From the NCBI GenBank assembly GCA_951406725.2, contig OX597837.1, positions 7,564,001 to 7,628,000 of the forward strand: DNA of 64,000 nt, written 5' to 3'. The stretch's first letter is position 1. Each line of letters opens with the position of its first letter. Shown here in pieces: positions 39,405 to 52,984 of the stretch. The translations under genes and the position numbers were made by a program. A model generated the notes under the pieces. The model did not search any database, was not told the origin of the DNA, and worked only from the letters and a program-made list of their open reading frames with translations. The DNA comes from Octopus vulgaris (taxonomy: Eukaryota).

Positions 39405-40989
39405 TGAGGTGGTATCAAAAAGTTTCTGGACTAATTATGTTTAATCAAAAATAACTTATTTACCTAAGTTTTAACACCACCATTTTAAAAATAGTCACCT
39501 TGCACAGCAATACACCGGTCCAAGTGTTCCTGCCACCTTTGGAAGCCAGCCTGGAAGTTGTTTTCCATAAGCAAGTCAAGGTCCTTTTTCGATTCACTTT
39601 TGATCTCAACAACAGTGTTAACCCTTTCGTTACTGTATTTTATTTTGAGATGTTCTGTGTTTCTCTTAATTATTTTAGATATAACAGAATTTAGTAAAAT
39701 AATTTAGTTATCATTAAAGCTAGTGTTAGGAACATAAATTGTAACTAAAGTTTGGTGGAAGATTTTAATTCAAAACTTATGAAAACAGACAGACAGACAC
39801 ACACACACACACACACACACATGCACACACAAGGAGACAGAAGTGCATACATATACAAACACACGCTCACACACACACACATAGAAAATACACAAACACA
39901 GACATGCAAGCACTTGAATATACAGGATACATATATACAAATGCACACACACACATATATACATACATATACATGCATACATACATACACACATATACAT
40001 GTATGCATAGGCACACACACACACTGACCCACACAAATGCGCACAAACAAACAAAAAGGAACGCAGTGTAAATAACGGAGAGAGTCAAGACAATTGAAAA
40101 GGTTGCAAGACGCAATGAAAATTTTAGGAAAATAAAAATAAGAAATGAGTGAAAATTTTACCAGTGAGTGTGTTACATTATAAAGCACAAAAATAAAATG
40201 ACTCTCCCCAGACACAACAGATTATGAAAACAAGATATTTGTACTACAGAGCCAGAGGCAGTTTCAGCCGGGTTGGTAACCAAAGGGTTACAACAGCAAC
40301 CTTTGAGTTACATTTTCACCTTGAGGAACAGATGGAAGTGCAGAGGTGCTAAATCTGGTGAGTAGGGCTGGTGCTGAAATGATACCATGTTATTTTTGGC
40401 TGTAAATTCATGAGTGAGGAAAGCTCGGTGACAGGGTGTAGTGTCATCGGGAAAAATCCAGTTCTTTATGCTCTACAAATCCGGTCACTTTCACCGAATG
40501 TCCCCCCTCAAATGTTTCAAAATATCATCGATGATCCTCGGACAATACTCATACATAAGCTGATGATTTTTCTCCCCATTTCTGGGGGTCACGCTCATGG
40601 GAGGCCCCCCCAGATCACTCATCGTCTTCCAAGGACATTCTTCAGTTTTTGGACCATCTACACCATTTAAAACATTGCATACAACCCATTGCCTCATCTC
40701 CATAAGCTTGCCAAAGCATGTCCAAGGTCTGTGTAGCAGACTTTCCGATGTTTAATGCAAAATTCCATGCTTGCTCTTTGTTCCTGTCCAAGACAAAAAT
40801 TCCAGACAAAAATTGCCAAAAAAACCCCAAAACACACACACACAAATTTCACAACTTGCAAAGAAAACAAAGCTTTTCCTTGGCACGCTGCCTCGTGAAG
40901 GTCACTATTAGCTCTCACTGTGCACACAACTGTGCTGCCATCTGCTGGTGTGCTACAGAACTAGTCCAGGAATTCGCGATACCACCTTA
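39405..40989 (-). mobile_element. Decayed, internally deleted mariner transposon with both TIRs and TA TSD
   Basis: TIRs tgaggtggtatcaaaaagtttctggactaat / actagtccaggaattcgcgataccacctta; minus-strand remnants GKSATQTLDMLWQAYGDEAM..QCFKW (HTH), HQPYSPDLAP and RCIAVQGDYF. Confidence 0.9.
39618..40291. mobile_element. piggyBac-type MITE (family F) nested in the mariner and itself interrupted
   Basis: TTAA|ccctttcgttac ... gtaaccaaaggg|TTAC; body matches the copies at 52111 and 53563. Confidence 0.85.
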
Positions 40990-41048
40990 TATACTAAATC
41001 TACATTTAATAAGTAGAGACTACTGTTGGTTTTATAACTAAATTTATC

Positions 41049-41081
<33 letters not shown>

Positions 41082-41140
41082 TATTTTGGATGTGTGTGTA
41101 CATGTGTGTTGTATAAGCATACTGGATATATATATATATG

Positions 41141-41522
41141 TTCTTGTATTCTTTTGCTAGTCTCAATCATTTGGCTAAGGCCATACAGGAGCAACACCTT
41201 TAGTTGAACAAATCAACCCAAGGACTTATTCTTTGTAAGCTTAGCACTTATTCTATTGGTTTCTTTTGCCAGACTGCTAAGTTATGAGGGACACATCAAC
41301 GTCAATTGTCAAGCAACAGTGGGGGGGGACAACAGACACAAACATATACATATATATATATATATATGACTATTTGGTAGGAAGCTTGTTTGCCAACCAC
41401 ACAGTTCTGGGTTCAGTCCGACTGTTTGGCACCTTGGGCAAGTGTCTTGTACTACCTCAAGCCGACCAAAGCCTTATGAGTGGATTTGGTAGATGGAAAC
41501 TGAAAGAAACCCGTTGTGTGTG

Positions 41523-41553
<31 letters not shown>

Positions 41554-41778
41554 TTGTGTGTGTGTGTGTTGGTGTGTCTGTGTTTGTCCCCCCAACATTG
41601 CTTGACAACCGATGCTGGTGTGTTTATGTCCACATAACTTAGCGATTTGGCAAGACAGACCAATAGAATAAGTACTAGGCTTACAAAGAATAAGTCCTAG
41701 GATCGATTTGTTCGACTAAAGGCAGTTCTCCAGCATGGCCACAGTTAAATGACCGAAACAAATTAAAGAATAAAAGAG
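41141..41778. mobile_element. SINE-A 3' half (-) followed by SINE-A (+)
   Basis: Family A matches at 41141-41345(-) and 41375-41778(+). Confidence 0.85.
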
Positions 41779-42276
41779 GGATGGTGGGAGTGAGAAGGGC
41801 AATGGAGACAGAAAAAGGTGAAAGTGTTCTAAATTAAAACCATTCATCAAAATTTCATGTTAATTTATTTTAAATTAATCAGGAGAAAGTTATTTTACAA
41901 AAATCTTTGTTATTTGCAAAATGAAATTAAAATGAAGGAAGAATTTCAGAAATATGGTAAGGAGAAAGTAAGTGTATGTACGTACGTACGTACATGCACA
42001 CATACATTTATATAAACATACATACGCACAACATACATACAGTTACACAAACATACATAGGTACACTTAAATATACATATGTACATACATATATACTTAT
42101 ATATACATACATTTTTACAAACATACGTACGTACACTTATGCAAAAATTAAATAAGTGTGTGTGTGTTTAAACCGTAGATATCTGTGCTGTGTGTATGTA
42201 TGTGTGAGGTTTGTATTGTATTATCAGTGTGCTTAAGTGTGTCTGCCAACACGTATGCATGTGTACATAAGTATGT

Positions 42277-42312
<36 letters not shown>

Positions 42313-42318
<6 letters not shown>

Positions 42319-42440
42319 TATATAGAAGGAGCTTCTACAGGACTAGAACTGTTTCATTCAAGAGAAATCTTCAGGAAGCTGAAGATTTCTCTTGAATGAA
42401 ACAGTTCTAGTCCTGTAGAAGCTCCTTCTATATAATAAAT
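42313..42440. repeat. Perfect 62-bp inverted repeat with a 4-nt spacer, containing a hammerhead-like motif
   Basis: 42313-42374 is the exact reverse complement of 42379-42440. Confidence 0.95.
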
Positions 42441-42506
42441 TAATTTTACTCTGCTATGTATTGAGTACCTTATTTACTGTGGTTAACCCCGAATCAACCC
42501 GGGACC

Positions 42507-42542
<36 letters not shown>

Positions 42543-42702
42543 AGTTATGTATACATGTCTGTTTCGACATGTTTATATATGAGGTACCTGATATACATAC
42601 ATACATGTGTTTAGACAGGAGTACATGAATGTTGTATATATGTATATGTATATACATGATTGTGTGTGTGTGTGTGAGAGCATCTTATTAGTGTATGTGT
42701 AA

Positions 42703-43315
42703 GGCGGCAATCTGGCAGAATGGTTACCACACCGGGCGAAATGCTTAGCGGTATTTCGCCGCCGCTACATTCTGAGTTCAAATTATGCCACGGTTGACTT
42801 TGCCTTTCATCCTTTCGGGGTCAATCAATTAAGTACCAGTTATGCATTGAGTTCGATATAATTGACTTAATATCTATGTCTGTCCTTGTTTGTCCCCTCT
42901 ATGTTTAGCCCCTTTGGGTAATAAAGAAATAGGTATTTTATCTGTCTTTACGTTCTGAGTTCAAATTCCGCCGAGGTCGGCTTTGCCTTTCATCCTTTTG
43001 GGGTCAATAAATTAAGTACCAGTTACACACTGGGGTCGATGTAATCGACTTAATACCTTTGTCTGTCCTTGTTTGTCCCCTCTATGTTTAGCCCCTTGTG
43101 GGCAATAAAGAAATAAGAAACGTTATCACGCCGGGCAAAATATTTAGTGGTATTTCGTCTGTCTTTACATTCTGAGTTCAAATTCCGCCATGGTCAACTT
43201 TGCCTTTCATCCTTTTGGGGTTGATAAATTAAGTACCAGTTGCATACTAGGGTCAATCTAATCGACTGGCTCCCTTCCCATAAATTTTGGGCCTTGTGCC
43301 AAGAGTAGGAAGATT
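42703..43315 (+). mobile_element. Tandem trimer of SINE-B units
   Basis: ttctgagttcaaatt...gcctttcatcc...aagtaccagtt occurs three times. Confidence 0.9.
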
Positions 43316-44731
43316 ATTAGAGTATGTGTAACATGTATGTCTGTAGACATGTTTATATTATTAATGTGTGTGTGTGTGTGTGTATGTGTGTGTGTGTCAC
43401 TCAGGAACTGATGAGATCTAGACTAAGGGTTCAGAAAGACAATGGGGGGTGGGAATCAGGAGAAGCGCAGGGGGGAGTGAATGGAAGATGGTCGTGGGGG
43501 TGGGGATCAGGAACGGAGCGGAGCGGGGGAAAGGGGGCGACGAGGAGAGGAAGGGGTGGGGAAGTGCCGACGGAATGCTTCTAGAGGTATGAGTATGCGT
43601 AGCAGCACGGCGTTGTGTAGTACAGTGAGGTGTGTGGTATGCGACATAGTGGCGTGGTGTATGGCGTAGGGTTGGTGCAGTAGCGGCGATAGTGGGGGGT
43701 GGGTAGAGGGTGGGGTGTAGTGGAGTTGTAGGGGTGAGGGTGGGGGTGGTGAAGAAGGAGAAGATGTAGATAGCATCTTCGTTCTGCACAAGAAAATGGG
43801 AGCAGTTCCATAAGATAAAGCCAACATAAATAAGATAAAGATGATGGCAAATACACCACCGCCACCCCAGCCACCCCACTTCATCAAGCATCCACCCTTA
43901 TATCTTTCATTTCCACCATATGTCTGAGTACATTGCCAGATACACTGACAGCTACTCCCACCATCACTCGTATATTTACACACACACACACACACACAAA
44001 CAAACACACACACACAAACAAACACACACACACACACACACACATGGTGAATTTACCCTCAAAGCCACCCGACATAATTCATCTAGTACTACCCAAGGTC
44101 TACCAAATATCCTAGTCATCATCATCTTCATCAACACCATCATACTTCTGCTTCACCTCAGCTCCATTCTACCCCTGACTCCTCAAGATCTGCCCTCTGC
44201 CCCAAATCCACCCCAAATCAGTACCACCCCAAATCTACCCAATGTCATTGCCACCACCGCTATCATCATGGTTAACATCATCATTAACATGGTGCTTCTA
44301 CTTTTCTCTAGAGCTACCTAGCATCACCATTGGTAACTCAGATCTACCCAATGTCACTGCCACCCCAAATACTACCACAACCCAGTTTTCCACCAGACCT
44401 ACCCCAACAAACAACACCTCACATTTAACTCAGCTCTACCCTTGGATTACTAACCATGCTCCACCCCCATCTTTTCTCCAAATCTCTTCAAGAGCTACAC
44501 CTGACTTTTACCAACACCCCAACTCTACCCCAGGTAATCTCCATCCATCATGTACCCCCAGTAACTACCAAGGCTGGAGATAGCAAGCGTATGGAGTCAT
44601 AACAGTTTCATTAATCATAATACAGTTTTAAAAGGTTAAACTGCACACATGCATACATGGGTGTGTGTATATACTATATGTGTTATATGTATATATATAT
44701 ATGTGTGTGTGTATATACTATATGTGTTTGT

Positions 44732-44781
<50 letters not shown>

Positions 44782-45192
44782 GCAAGTATACATGTGTATG
44801 CATATACATGAGTTGGTTTACATGTACCTCTGTGCGTTTGTGTGTGTATATACATATATACACATACACACAAAGAAAGTGTGTGTGTGTATATATACTA
44901 TATGTGCTTTATATATATATATACGTTTTTACACATTTATGTATGTACATACATATATGCAAGTATATATGTGTGCATATACATGAGTCGGTTTACATGT
45001 ACCTCTGTGCGTTTGTGTATGTATATATATATACACACTCACACACACGCAAATACACAAAGTGTGTGAATATATATAAATATATAAATATATATATGTA
45101 TATATGTGTGTATATATATGTATATATGTGTATATATATATGTACATATAAATATACATATATATGCACATATGTGTATGTGTGTAAATATA

Positions 45193-45242
<50 letters not shown>

Positions 45243-45789
45243 TTTATCCTCTCTACCTCTTTACCTGCCTATGTATCTGTCTGTTCGTCCTGTTGCTACT
45301 GTCCCTTTTTACTTTCTCATTATAAAAACAAGCTACTCCAGTCACCCCTGCTCCCACCACCACCACCACCACCACTACTACTCATTATGTACCCCCCTCC
45401 CACTGTCTTTCTTTCTTTCTGGGAATCCAATTTACCTACACTAGCCCGACCCCTTTTTTCTTTCCACCTCATCTCTGACTTTCATATTCACAAACAGCCT
45501 TAGGCCCCCACACACATGCTACCTGGATGGATGAATGAATGCACAGACACACAGACAGATACAGATAGTGGATATAATGACAGACAGATAGGCAAGCAGA
45601 TACATGTATGTGTATATATATATGCATGTATGTATATATGTGCATGTGTGTATTTTTGTATGTGTGCCTGTACAGTCTACCTCTAGTATCTGATAAGAAA
45701 GAGGTGTTCTAGTTGCCCACGAAACTTTTAGTCATGTCCTGCTGAGACAAACCCCACAATTAGAAAGATGTAATCTTTTGTTCATTTGT

Positions 45790-46203
45790 TCTTATACTTG
45801 TTTCAGTCATTTGGCTGAGGCCATGCTGGAGCACCGCCTCTAGTCAAAGAAATCAACCCCAGGACTTGTTCTTTAAATGTGTAGCTCTTATTCTATCGGT
45901 CTCTTTTAGTTGAGCTGCTAAGTTACAAGGACATAAACACACCGGCATTGTTGTCAACTAGTGGTGAGGGGGACAAACACAGACCGATCGTGGCCGTTTG
46001 CCAGCCTGCTCTGGCTCCTGTGCTGGTGGCACGTAAAAAGCACCCACTACACTCACAGAGTGGTTGGCGTTAGGAAGGGCATCCAGCTGTAGAAACACTG
46101 CCAAATCAGACTAGAGACTGGTACAGCCTCCATGGCTTACCAGACCCCAGTCGAACCGTCCAACCCATGCTAGCATGGAAAACGGACATTAAATGATGAT
46201 GAT
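45790..46203. mobile_element. SINE-A 3' half (-) fused to an RTE 3' end (+)
   Basis: Family A at 45790-45984; family C at 45985-46203. Confidence 0.8.
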
Positions 46204-46679
46204 ATATATATATATATATGAGCACAGGTACTGGTTATGTGACTCCAGTATTGGCCACATTGCCTCCATGAGGCCCAACACTCAACAGGTGCTTTAGCAA
46301 AAGATAGATTCATTATCAGATATACAGATACATGGATGGATGGACAGACAGACAGGCAGATGGACAGACCGATTGATTTACAGCCACACACACATATACA
46401 CAGACATATACACATGTAGCAGGGGCTTCTTGCTATAGAAGTTGCACCTCCACCACAAACCCCACCCTCGCTGCCCACCATCCAACCTCAAAATATATGA
46501 AATACACTAAATGAAACATCGGCTGTTTTCTCTGCTGGTGTCTGTGTGTCCCAGATCATGAAAAATCAGGACAAGTCATTAGATTTGGTACTGGAACAGA
46601 AAATGGTCAATATATATATAACGTATATATATATATATATATATAACGAGCAATGGAAAAGGTGGATGTAGAACAGTGT

Positions 46680-47190
46680 TGATGATGATGATGAATCAAG
46701 CAATCCCTGAATGTGGTGGTCATATACGGTTAAAGAAGAGGACAATGATGATGGTGGTGATGAGAACAGCATCAATGATGATGACAAAAGGGATGATGAA
46801 GAGGATGATGATGGTGATGATGATGGTGGTGATGATGATAGTGAGGATGGGTATTAAGATGATGATGACAACAAAGTTGATGATGGTGGTGATGATGATG
46901 ATGATAGTGAGAATGAGTGTTAAGATGATGATGATGATGATGGTGGTGATGACAACGACGACAATGATAATGATAAATATAGTGATGATGATGACATTGA
47001 TGATGTCAGTGATGAAGAGGACAATGATGGCAACGACAGCAATGATAAAGATGAGGAGAACAATGGTGATGACGCTGACAAAGATGGTGATGATAATGAT
47101 GACAATGATGACAGTGATAATGATGACAACAACAACAGTGATGACACTGATGCTGATGATGACACTGATCATGATGACAATAACAATGAC
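46680..47190. repeat. Degenerate (GAT)n trinucleotide tract
   Basis: Directly visible; source of the poly-M and poly-I ORFs. Confidence 0.85.
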
Positions 47191-47229
47191 AAGTCTTGTG
47201 AGTGAATTTGATAGAATGGAAAACCGAAA

Positions 47230-47400
47230 GAATGTCCACATTCCATACTGGAATGGGTTGGACAGTTTGACAAGGACCCAATGAGACAAGGACCACATCA
47301 TACTCCAGCATCTGCTTTAGCTTCATTTCTACAACTGGATGCCCTTCCTAATGCCAACCACTCTGCAGAGTGGACTGAGGGATTTTTACACGGCACTGGA
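47230..47400 (-). mobile_element. Diverged RTE 3' end (family C)
   Basis: gggttggacagtttgac...ctggatgcccttcctaatgccaaccac. Confidence 0.7.
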
Positions 47401-47404
47401 GCCA

Positions 47405-47806
47405 TTCTTTTCTACTCTAAGCACAGGGCCCGAAATTTTTAGCGGGGTGGAGCCAGTTGATTAGATAGACCCCAGTACAGAACTGGTACTTAATTTATCG
47501 ACCCCCGAAAAGATGAAAGTCAAAGTCGACCTCGGCGGAATTTGAACCCAGAACGTAACAACAGACGAAATACCTATTTCTTTATTACCCACAAGGGGCT
47601 ATACACAGAGAGGACAAAGAAGGACAGACAAACGGATTAAGTCGATTATATCGATCCCAGTGCGTAACTAGTACTTAATTTATCGACCCTGAAAGGATGA
47701 AAGTCAAAGTCGACCTCGGCGGAATTTGAACCCAGAACGTAAAGACAGACGAAATACCACTGAGCATTTCGCCCCACGTGCTAACGTTTCTGCTACCACG
47801 CCGTCT
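47405..47806 (-). mobile_element. SINE-B dimer
   Basis: aaagtcgacctcggcggaatttgaacccagaacg occurs twice. Confidence 0.9.
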
Positions 47807-48389
47807 TAAATGGCACTGGCAACATTGAAATAATGTGTGTGTGTGTGACAATTTGTCAGTTGCCAGCACTTGGCAACTGGTGTTGGTTTGTTTATGTCCC
47901 TATAACTTAGCGATCGAGCATAGGAGATCAACAGAACAAGGACAAAGCTTTCAAGATAAGTACTGGGCTCGATACATTTGACTAAAAACACTCCAAAGCG
48001 ATGCCCCAGCATGGCCACAATCCAATGACTGAAACGAGTAAAACGCAAAAAAGATGCATTGATGATGATGATGATGATGATAAAGATGGTCTTGGTGGTG
48101 GTGGCGGTTTAATCTAATCTAAGCATCGAATCAAAATATATGTTGCTATGGGAACTATTTGCAGAAAAAATGCCCACAATCTGCATAATTAATTAATTTA
48201 TTTATTTAGAAAATTTCAAATGAAAACATGGAGGTGTGTTGGTGGGGTTACAGGGTGGATGATGATGCTGAGATAACTGATTGATATAACACACACATCA
48301 ATATTATATAACATAGATATTGTATAAATTTTTATATATATATATAAATAAATATATATATAAATAAATAAATAAATATATATATTTAT

Positions 48390-48611
48390 ACTCTTTTACT
48401 TGTTTCAGTCATTTGACTGTGGCCATGCTGGAGCACCGCCTTTAGTCGAGCAAATCAACCCCAGGACTTATTCTTTGGAAGCCTAGTACTTATTGTATCT
48501 GTCTCTTTTGCCGAACCGCTAAGTTACAGGGACGTAAACACACCAGCATCGGTTGTCAAGCGATGTTGGGAGGACAAACACAGACACACAAACATACACA
48601 CACACACATAT

Positions 48612-48662
<51 letters not shown>

Positions 48663-49270
48663 TATATATATACACACATATATATAAGATGGGCTTCTTT
48701 CAGTTTCCGTCTACCAAATCCACTCACAAGGCTTTTGTCGGCCCAAGGATATAGTAGAAGACACTTGCCCAAGGTGCCATGCAGTGGGACTGAACCAGGA
48801 ACCATTTGGTTGGTTAGCAAGCTACTTACCACACAGCCACTCCTATATATATATATATATGTTGCGGCTGTGTGGTAAGAAACTTCCTTCCCAACCACAT
48901 GGTTCTGGATTCAATCCCAGTGTGTGGCACCTTCAGCAAGTGTCTTCTACTTATAGCCTCGGGCTGACCAGAGCCTTGTGAGTGGATTTGGTAGACGGAA
49001 ACTGAAAGAAGCCCGTCATACACATGCATGTATATGTACATATATTTATCTGTAAGTATCTTTGTGTCTATGTTTGTCTCAATGCCATAACTTGACAACC
49101 GATGTTGGTGTGTTTATGTCCCTGTAACTTAGTGTTCCACAAAAGCGACTAATAGAATAAGTACTAGACCTACAAATAATAAGTTCTGGGATCGATTTCT
49201 TCAACTAAAACCCTTGAAGGTGGTGCTCCAGCATGGCCTCAGTCAAATGACTGAAACATGTAAAAGAATA
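48390..49270. mobile_element. Head-to-head SINE-A pair (48390-48844 minus; 48864-49270 plus)
   Basis: Family A in both orientations, separated by about 20 bp of (TA)n. Confidence 0.9.
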
Positions 49271-49459
49271 CAAGCATATATATATACACATACATACACA
49301 CACCCACACATAAATGTGGATGTATGTACCATATTTTAACATTTATAAGAAACCCTTTTTTCCAAAAATTAAGTTTAAAAAATATGGGAGTTTCTTATAC
49401 ATGGATAGTATCATAATCCCTTACAAAATCTTTTTTCCAAACTAAAGCTTCAAAGTCAC

Positions 49460-50250
49460 TGTCAAGGAATCCGGGGTAGAGGGAGACCCAGGAAGACATG
49501 GGACGAGGTGGTCAAGCATGACCGTCATATGTTGGGCCTCACAGAGGCTATGACGAAAGACCGAGACCTCTGGAGATATGCTGTGACTTCGAAGACCTGA
49601 CAAATGAAGTGAATTCTTGGCTTTGCAGGACGGCCTGCTCTGCTTGAGGAGAGCTATTGTGTCAAGTACATCAACACCGAAATAAAAATTGAATGGATAT
49701 TGTAGTTGTGATACCTGTGCCGGTGGCACATAGTGCCTCACCGAAGAAATGACGAAGAGCGAGATCTCTGAGATATTCTGACTGTGAAGACCCAACAAAT
49801 GAAGTGAGTTCATGGCTGTGCTAGCCTTTGATTGTAGAGTGACCCGCTATCCTTGAGGAGACCTATTGAGTCAAGTACGTCAAAACCAACATCAAAATAA
49901 AAATCAAATGGAAATTGTAGTTAAGATACCCATGCCGGTAGCACGTAAAAAGCACCATCTGAATGTGGCCGATGCCAGCACCGCCTGACTGGCATCCATG
50001 TTGGTGACAGGTAAAAAGCACCAACTGATCATGGTCATTGCCAGCCTCCTCTGGCCCCTGTGCCGGCGGCACATAAAAAGCACCCACTACACTCACAGAG
50101 TGGGTTGCGTTAGGAAGGGCATCCAGCTGTAGAAACACTGCCAGATCAGATTGGAGCCTGGTGCAGCCTTCTGGCTTCCTAGCCCCCAGTTGAACAGTCC
50201 AATCCATGCTAGCATGGAAAACGGATGTTAAACGACGATGATGATGATGA
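49460..50250 (+). mobile_element. RTE-clade LINE 3' portion: ORF C-terminus, internal duplication, 3' UTR and (GAT)n tail
   Basis: 49475-49600 translates GRGRPRKTWDEVVKHDRHMLGLTEAMTKDRDLWRYAVTSKT* and continues into family C sequence, identifying family C as an RTE 3' UTR. Confidence 0.85.
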
Positions 50251-50348
50251 AGAATAAAAAAATCTGTCCTCTAAAAAAGTATAGAGTAACCCATCAGATT
50301 AATGTAAAATTGTTTTTATTATAACGGAGCATAAAAACAAACATGAAC

Positions 50349-50381
<33 letters not shown>

Positions 50382-50845
50382 CTGTGTATGTGTGTGTGCG
50401 TGTGTATAGACACACACACACATACAAATGCGTAATATATGCGTATACATAAATGTGTATAAGAACTGTGGAACCAGGAACCGGGAACTTGAGAAGTCTT
50501 GTAGTACAAGACGGAAATAAATATTGTTCACAGAGTCAGCAGAAAAATCAAAGTGGCCTGACAGCACCAGGGGTGGTGGAGGTAAGGGCTGAGTGGAATG
50601 TTGTAAGGAAAATGGGTAGAGGGGACTTCTTTCTTTCTTTTTTTTGGCTCTCCTCCAAATCAAAACGTTTCATCGAAAAGAAGAAGTCTCTCCCTCACTG
50701 ATCCATCTACACACACACACACACAGAAGACAGTGGGGTATATTAAGTGAGGGATATCTAGCTTCTATTAATGGGAGATTTAGCTACCACATAGATTGTC
50801 ACCCTGCTTGGCTTATACACATACAAACATACTGATGTATATGTA

Positions 50846-50885
<40 letters not shown>

Positions 50886-50964
50886 GCATAAAATATATAA
50901 TACATATGTATGTGTAAACTAGTAGGTTGAGATTATGGTGAGAGTTAGCAACTACTTCTACCTG

Positions 50965-51254
50965 GTCTAGTACTTATTTTATCAGCATCTTTTGCCGAAC
51001 CACTAAGTTCGGTTGTCAAGTGATGTTGGAGGGGGGAACAAACACAGACACACAAACATATATATACACACATGTATATATATACATATATATGATGGGC
51101 TTCTTTCAGTTTCTGTCTACCAAATCAACTCACAAGGCTTTGGTCATCCTGAGGCTATAGTAGAAGACACATACCCAAGGTGCCATGTAGCAGGACTGAA
51201 CCCAAAACCATGTGGTTCATAAGCAAGCTACTTACAACACAGCCACTCCTATGC
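50965..51254 (-). mobile_element. Partial SINE-A
   Basis: Reverse complement of family A. Confidence 0.85.
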
Positions 51255-51270
51255 CTAATACATATATTAC

Positions 51271-51307
<37 letters not shown>

Positions 51308-51409
51308 GCCATATGTAAATTAGTAGGTTGTTACTGGGGTGAAATTTAACTACTACTTGTGGCAGGTCTATGATGGTGAAATCTCCATTGGTGTATGTAT
51401 ATATATATA

Positions 51410-51660
51410 TCATCATCATCATCGTTTAACATCCGCTTTCCATGCTAGCATGGGTTGGACGGTTCAACTGGGGTCTGGGAAGCCAAAAGGCTGCACCAGG
51501 CCCAGTCTGATCTGGCAGTGTTTCTACAGCTGGATGCCCTTCCTAACGCCAACCACTCCGTGGGTGTAGTGGGTGCTTTTTACGTGCCACCGGCACAGGT
51601 GCCAGATGACGCTGGCAAACGGCCACAATCGGATGGTGCTTTTTACGTGCCACCGGCACA
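51410..51660 (-). mobile_element. RTE 3' end (family C)
   Basis: (cat)n cgtttaacatccgctttccatgctagc... Confidence 0.85.
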
Positions 51661-51929
51661 TATATATATATATATACATACATGAGTGAATAGGGCATGA
51701 AATGAAGGAGACTTAGCTGCTATTTCTATCTGCCTAGTTACCATGACTAAGTCTTCCATATCGACGAATACACATCGTCTCACACACACACACACACACA
51801 CAAATATATTTTCAAACACACATACAATACCTATGACATTAGGGTACAATTTGCAGAACATTTGACAGCTCTTTCTGACAAATTGAGGGCCTACATAACT
51901 GGCTCCCTCACTGGTCTGTCCAGGGACAA

Positions 51930-52098
51930 AATGCTTTGTGGCAGTTTGTCTGCTTTTACTTTCTGAGTTCAAATTCCACCGAGGTCAACTTTACCTTTCA
52001 TCCTTTCTGGGTCAATAAAATAAGTACCAGTTGAACACTGGGGTCAATGTAATCGACTTAACCCCTGCCCACAAATGCTAGCCTTGTGCCAAAATTTA
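51930..52098 (+). mobile_element. Partial SINE-B
   Basis: ttctgagttcaaattccaccgagg...aagtaccagttgaacactgggg. Confidence 0.8.
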
Positions 52099-52110
52099 CA
52101 CTAATATTGC

Positions 52111-52340
52111 TTAACCTTTTCGTTACTGTATTTCTTTTGAGATGCTCTGTGTTTCTTTCAATTATTTTAAATATAACCAAAGAATTTAGTAAAATAGTTA
52201 AGTTATCATTGATCTAGTGTTAGGAACATAAATTGTGACTAAGTTTTGGTGGAAGATTTTAATTCAAAACTTATGAAAACAATGTATTTGTACTACAGAC
52301 CCAGAGCCAGTTTCAGCCAGGTTGGTAACGAATGGGTTAA
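52111..52340. mobile_element. piggyBac-type MITE (family F)
   Basis: TTAA|ccttttcgttac ... gtaacgaatggg|TTAA. Confidence 0.85.
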
Positions 52341-52533
52341 ATGGACCCTGGGACAATGAAAGACAGAGTATGCCTGGGTAATATTCAAATTTTAAAAAAT
52401 TAAAGAATGTTAAAGTTCTGTCGACAGAAAATGAATCCAGCATAACTAAACACTGGTGCCCCTCCTCCAAACTTTCTGAAAAATGCGTATTTTTTTAATG
52501 ATATTTTGCAGATATGTTTTCAAGGGTGTAGAG

Positions 52534-52761
52534 CAGTAATTCTCAACCAGGGTCCACACGACCTCAAAGGGTCATCTGCAATAAATTGGTTACACTTCTA
52601 CAATACAAGAAATATCTTAACAATATTTTTTTACAAAATTCTTTAAAATATTTAATTATAAAAATTAAATTTTTTGAAGCATCAAATGGCAATAAGGGCC
52701 CATTTGAATAAAATGGGAATCAAAAGGGCCCCTAGGTATAAAAATGGTTGAGAAACACTTG
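52534..52761. mobile_element. hAT (Charlie-like) MITE
   Basis: TIR-like cagtaattctcaacc / ggttgagaaacactt; a related left end lies at about 18706. Confidence 0.55.
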
Positions 52762-52984
52762 GGTAGATTATAATCATGTTATTAAAATATAGAAGGAATA
52801 AAAAAAAAAAAAACTGGCTTTGGATTAGTTTCCATTTCATTCTTCCGTCCTAACTTTGTTGCCGCCAATTTCTGTAGTTTAAGCATTTTTCTCTTTTTCC
52901 TTATTTCCTAGAATTATGTGTCTGAATCATCAACATTATATAATATATATTCTCAAAAACGTATTTCTGCAAAATATTTTCATT

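Noticed and set aside
46676-47301. Met-rich 202-aa and Ile-rich 193-aa ORFs, or an acidic Asp-rich protein
   Set aside because: Degenerate (GAT)n; the Asp frame contains stops and no splice support was found
50462-50586. Plus-strand coding exon ending GAG|GTAAGG
   Set aside because: No credible acceptor, no recognisable homology and no partner exons
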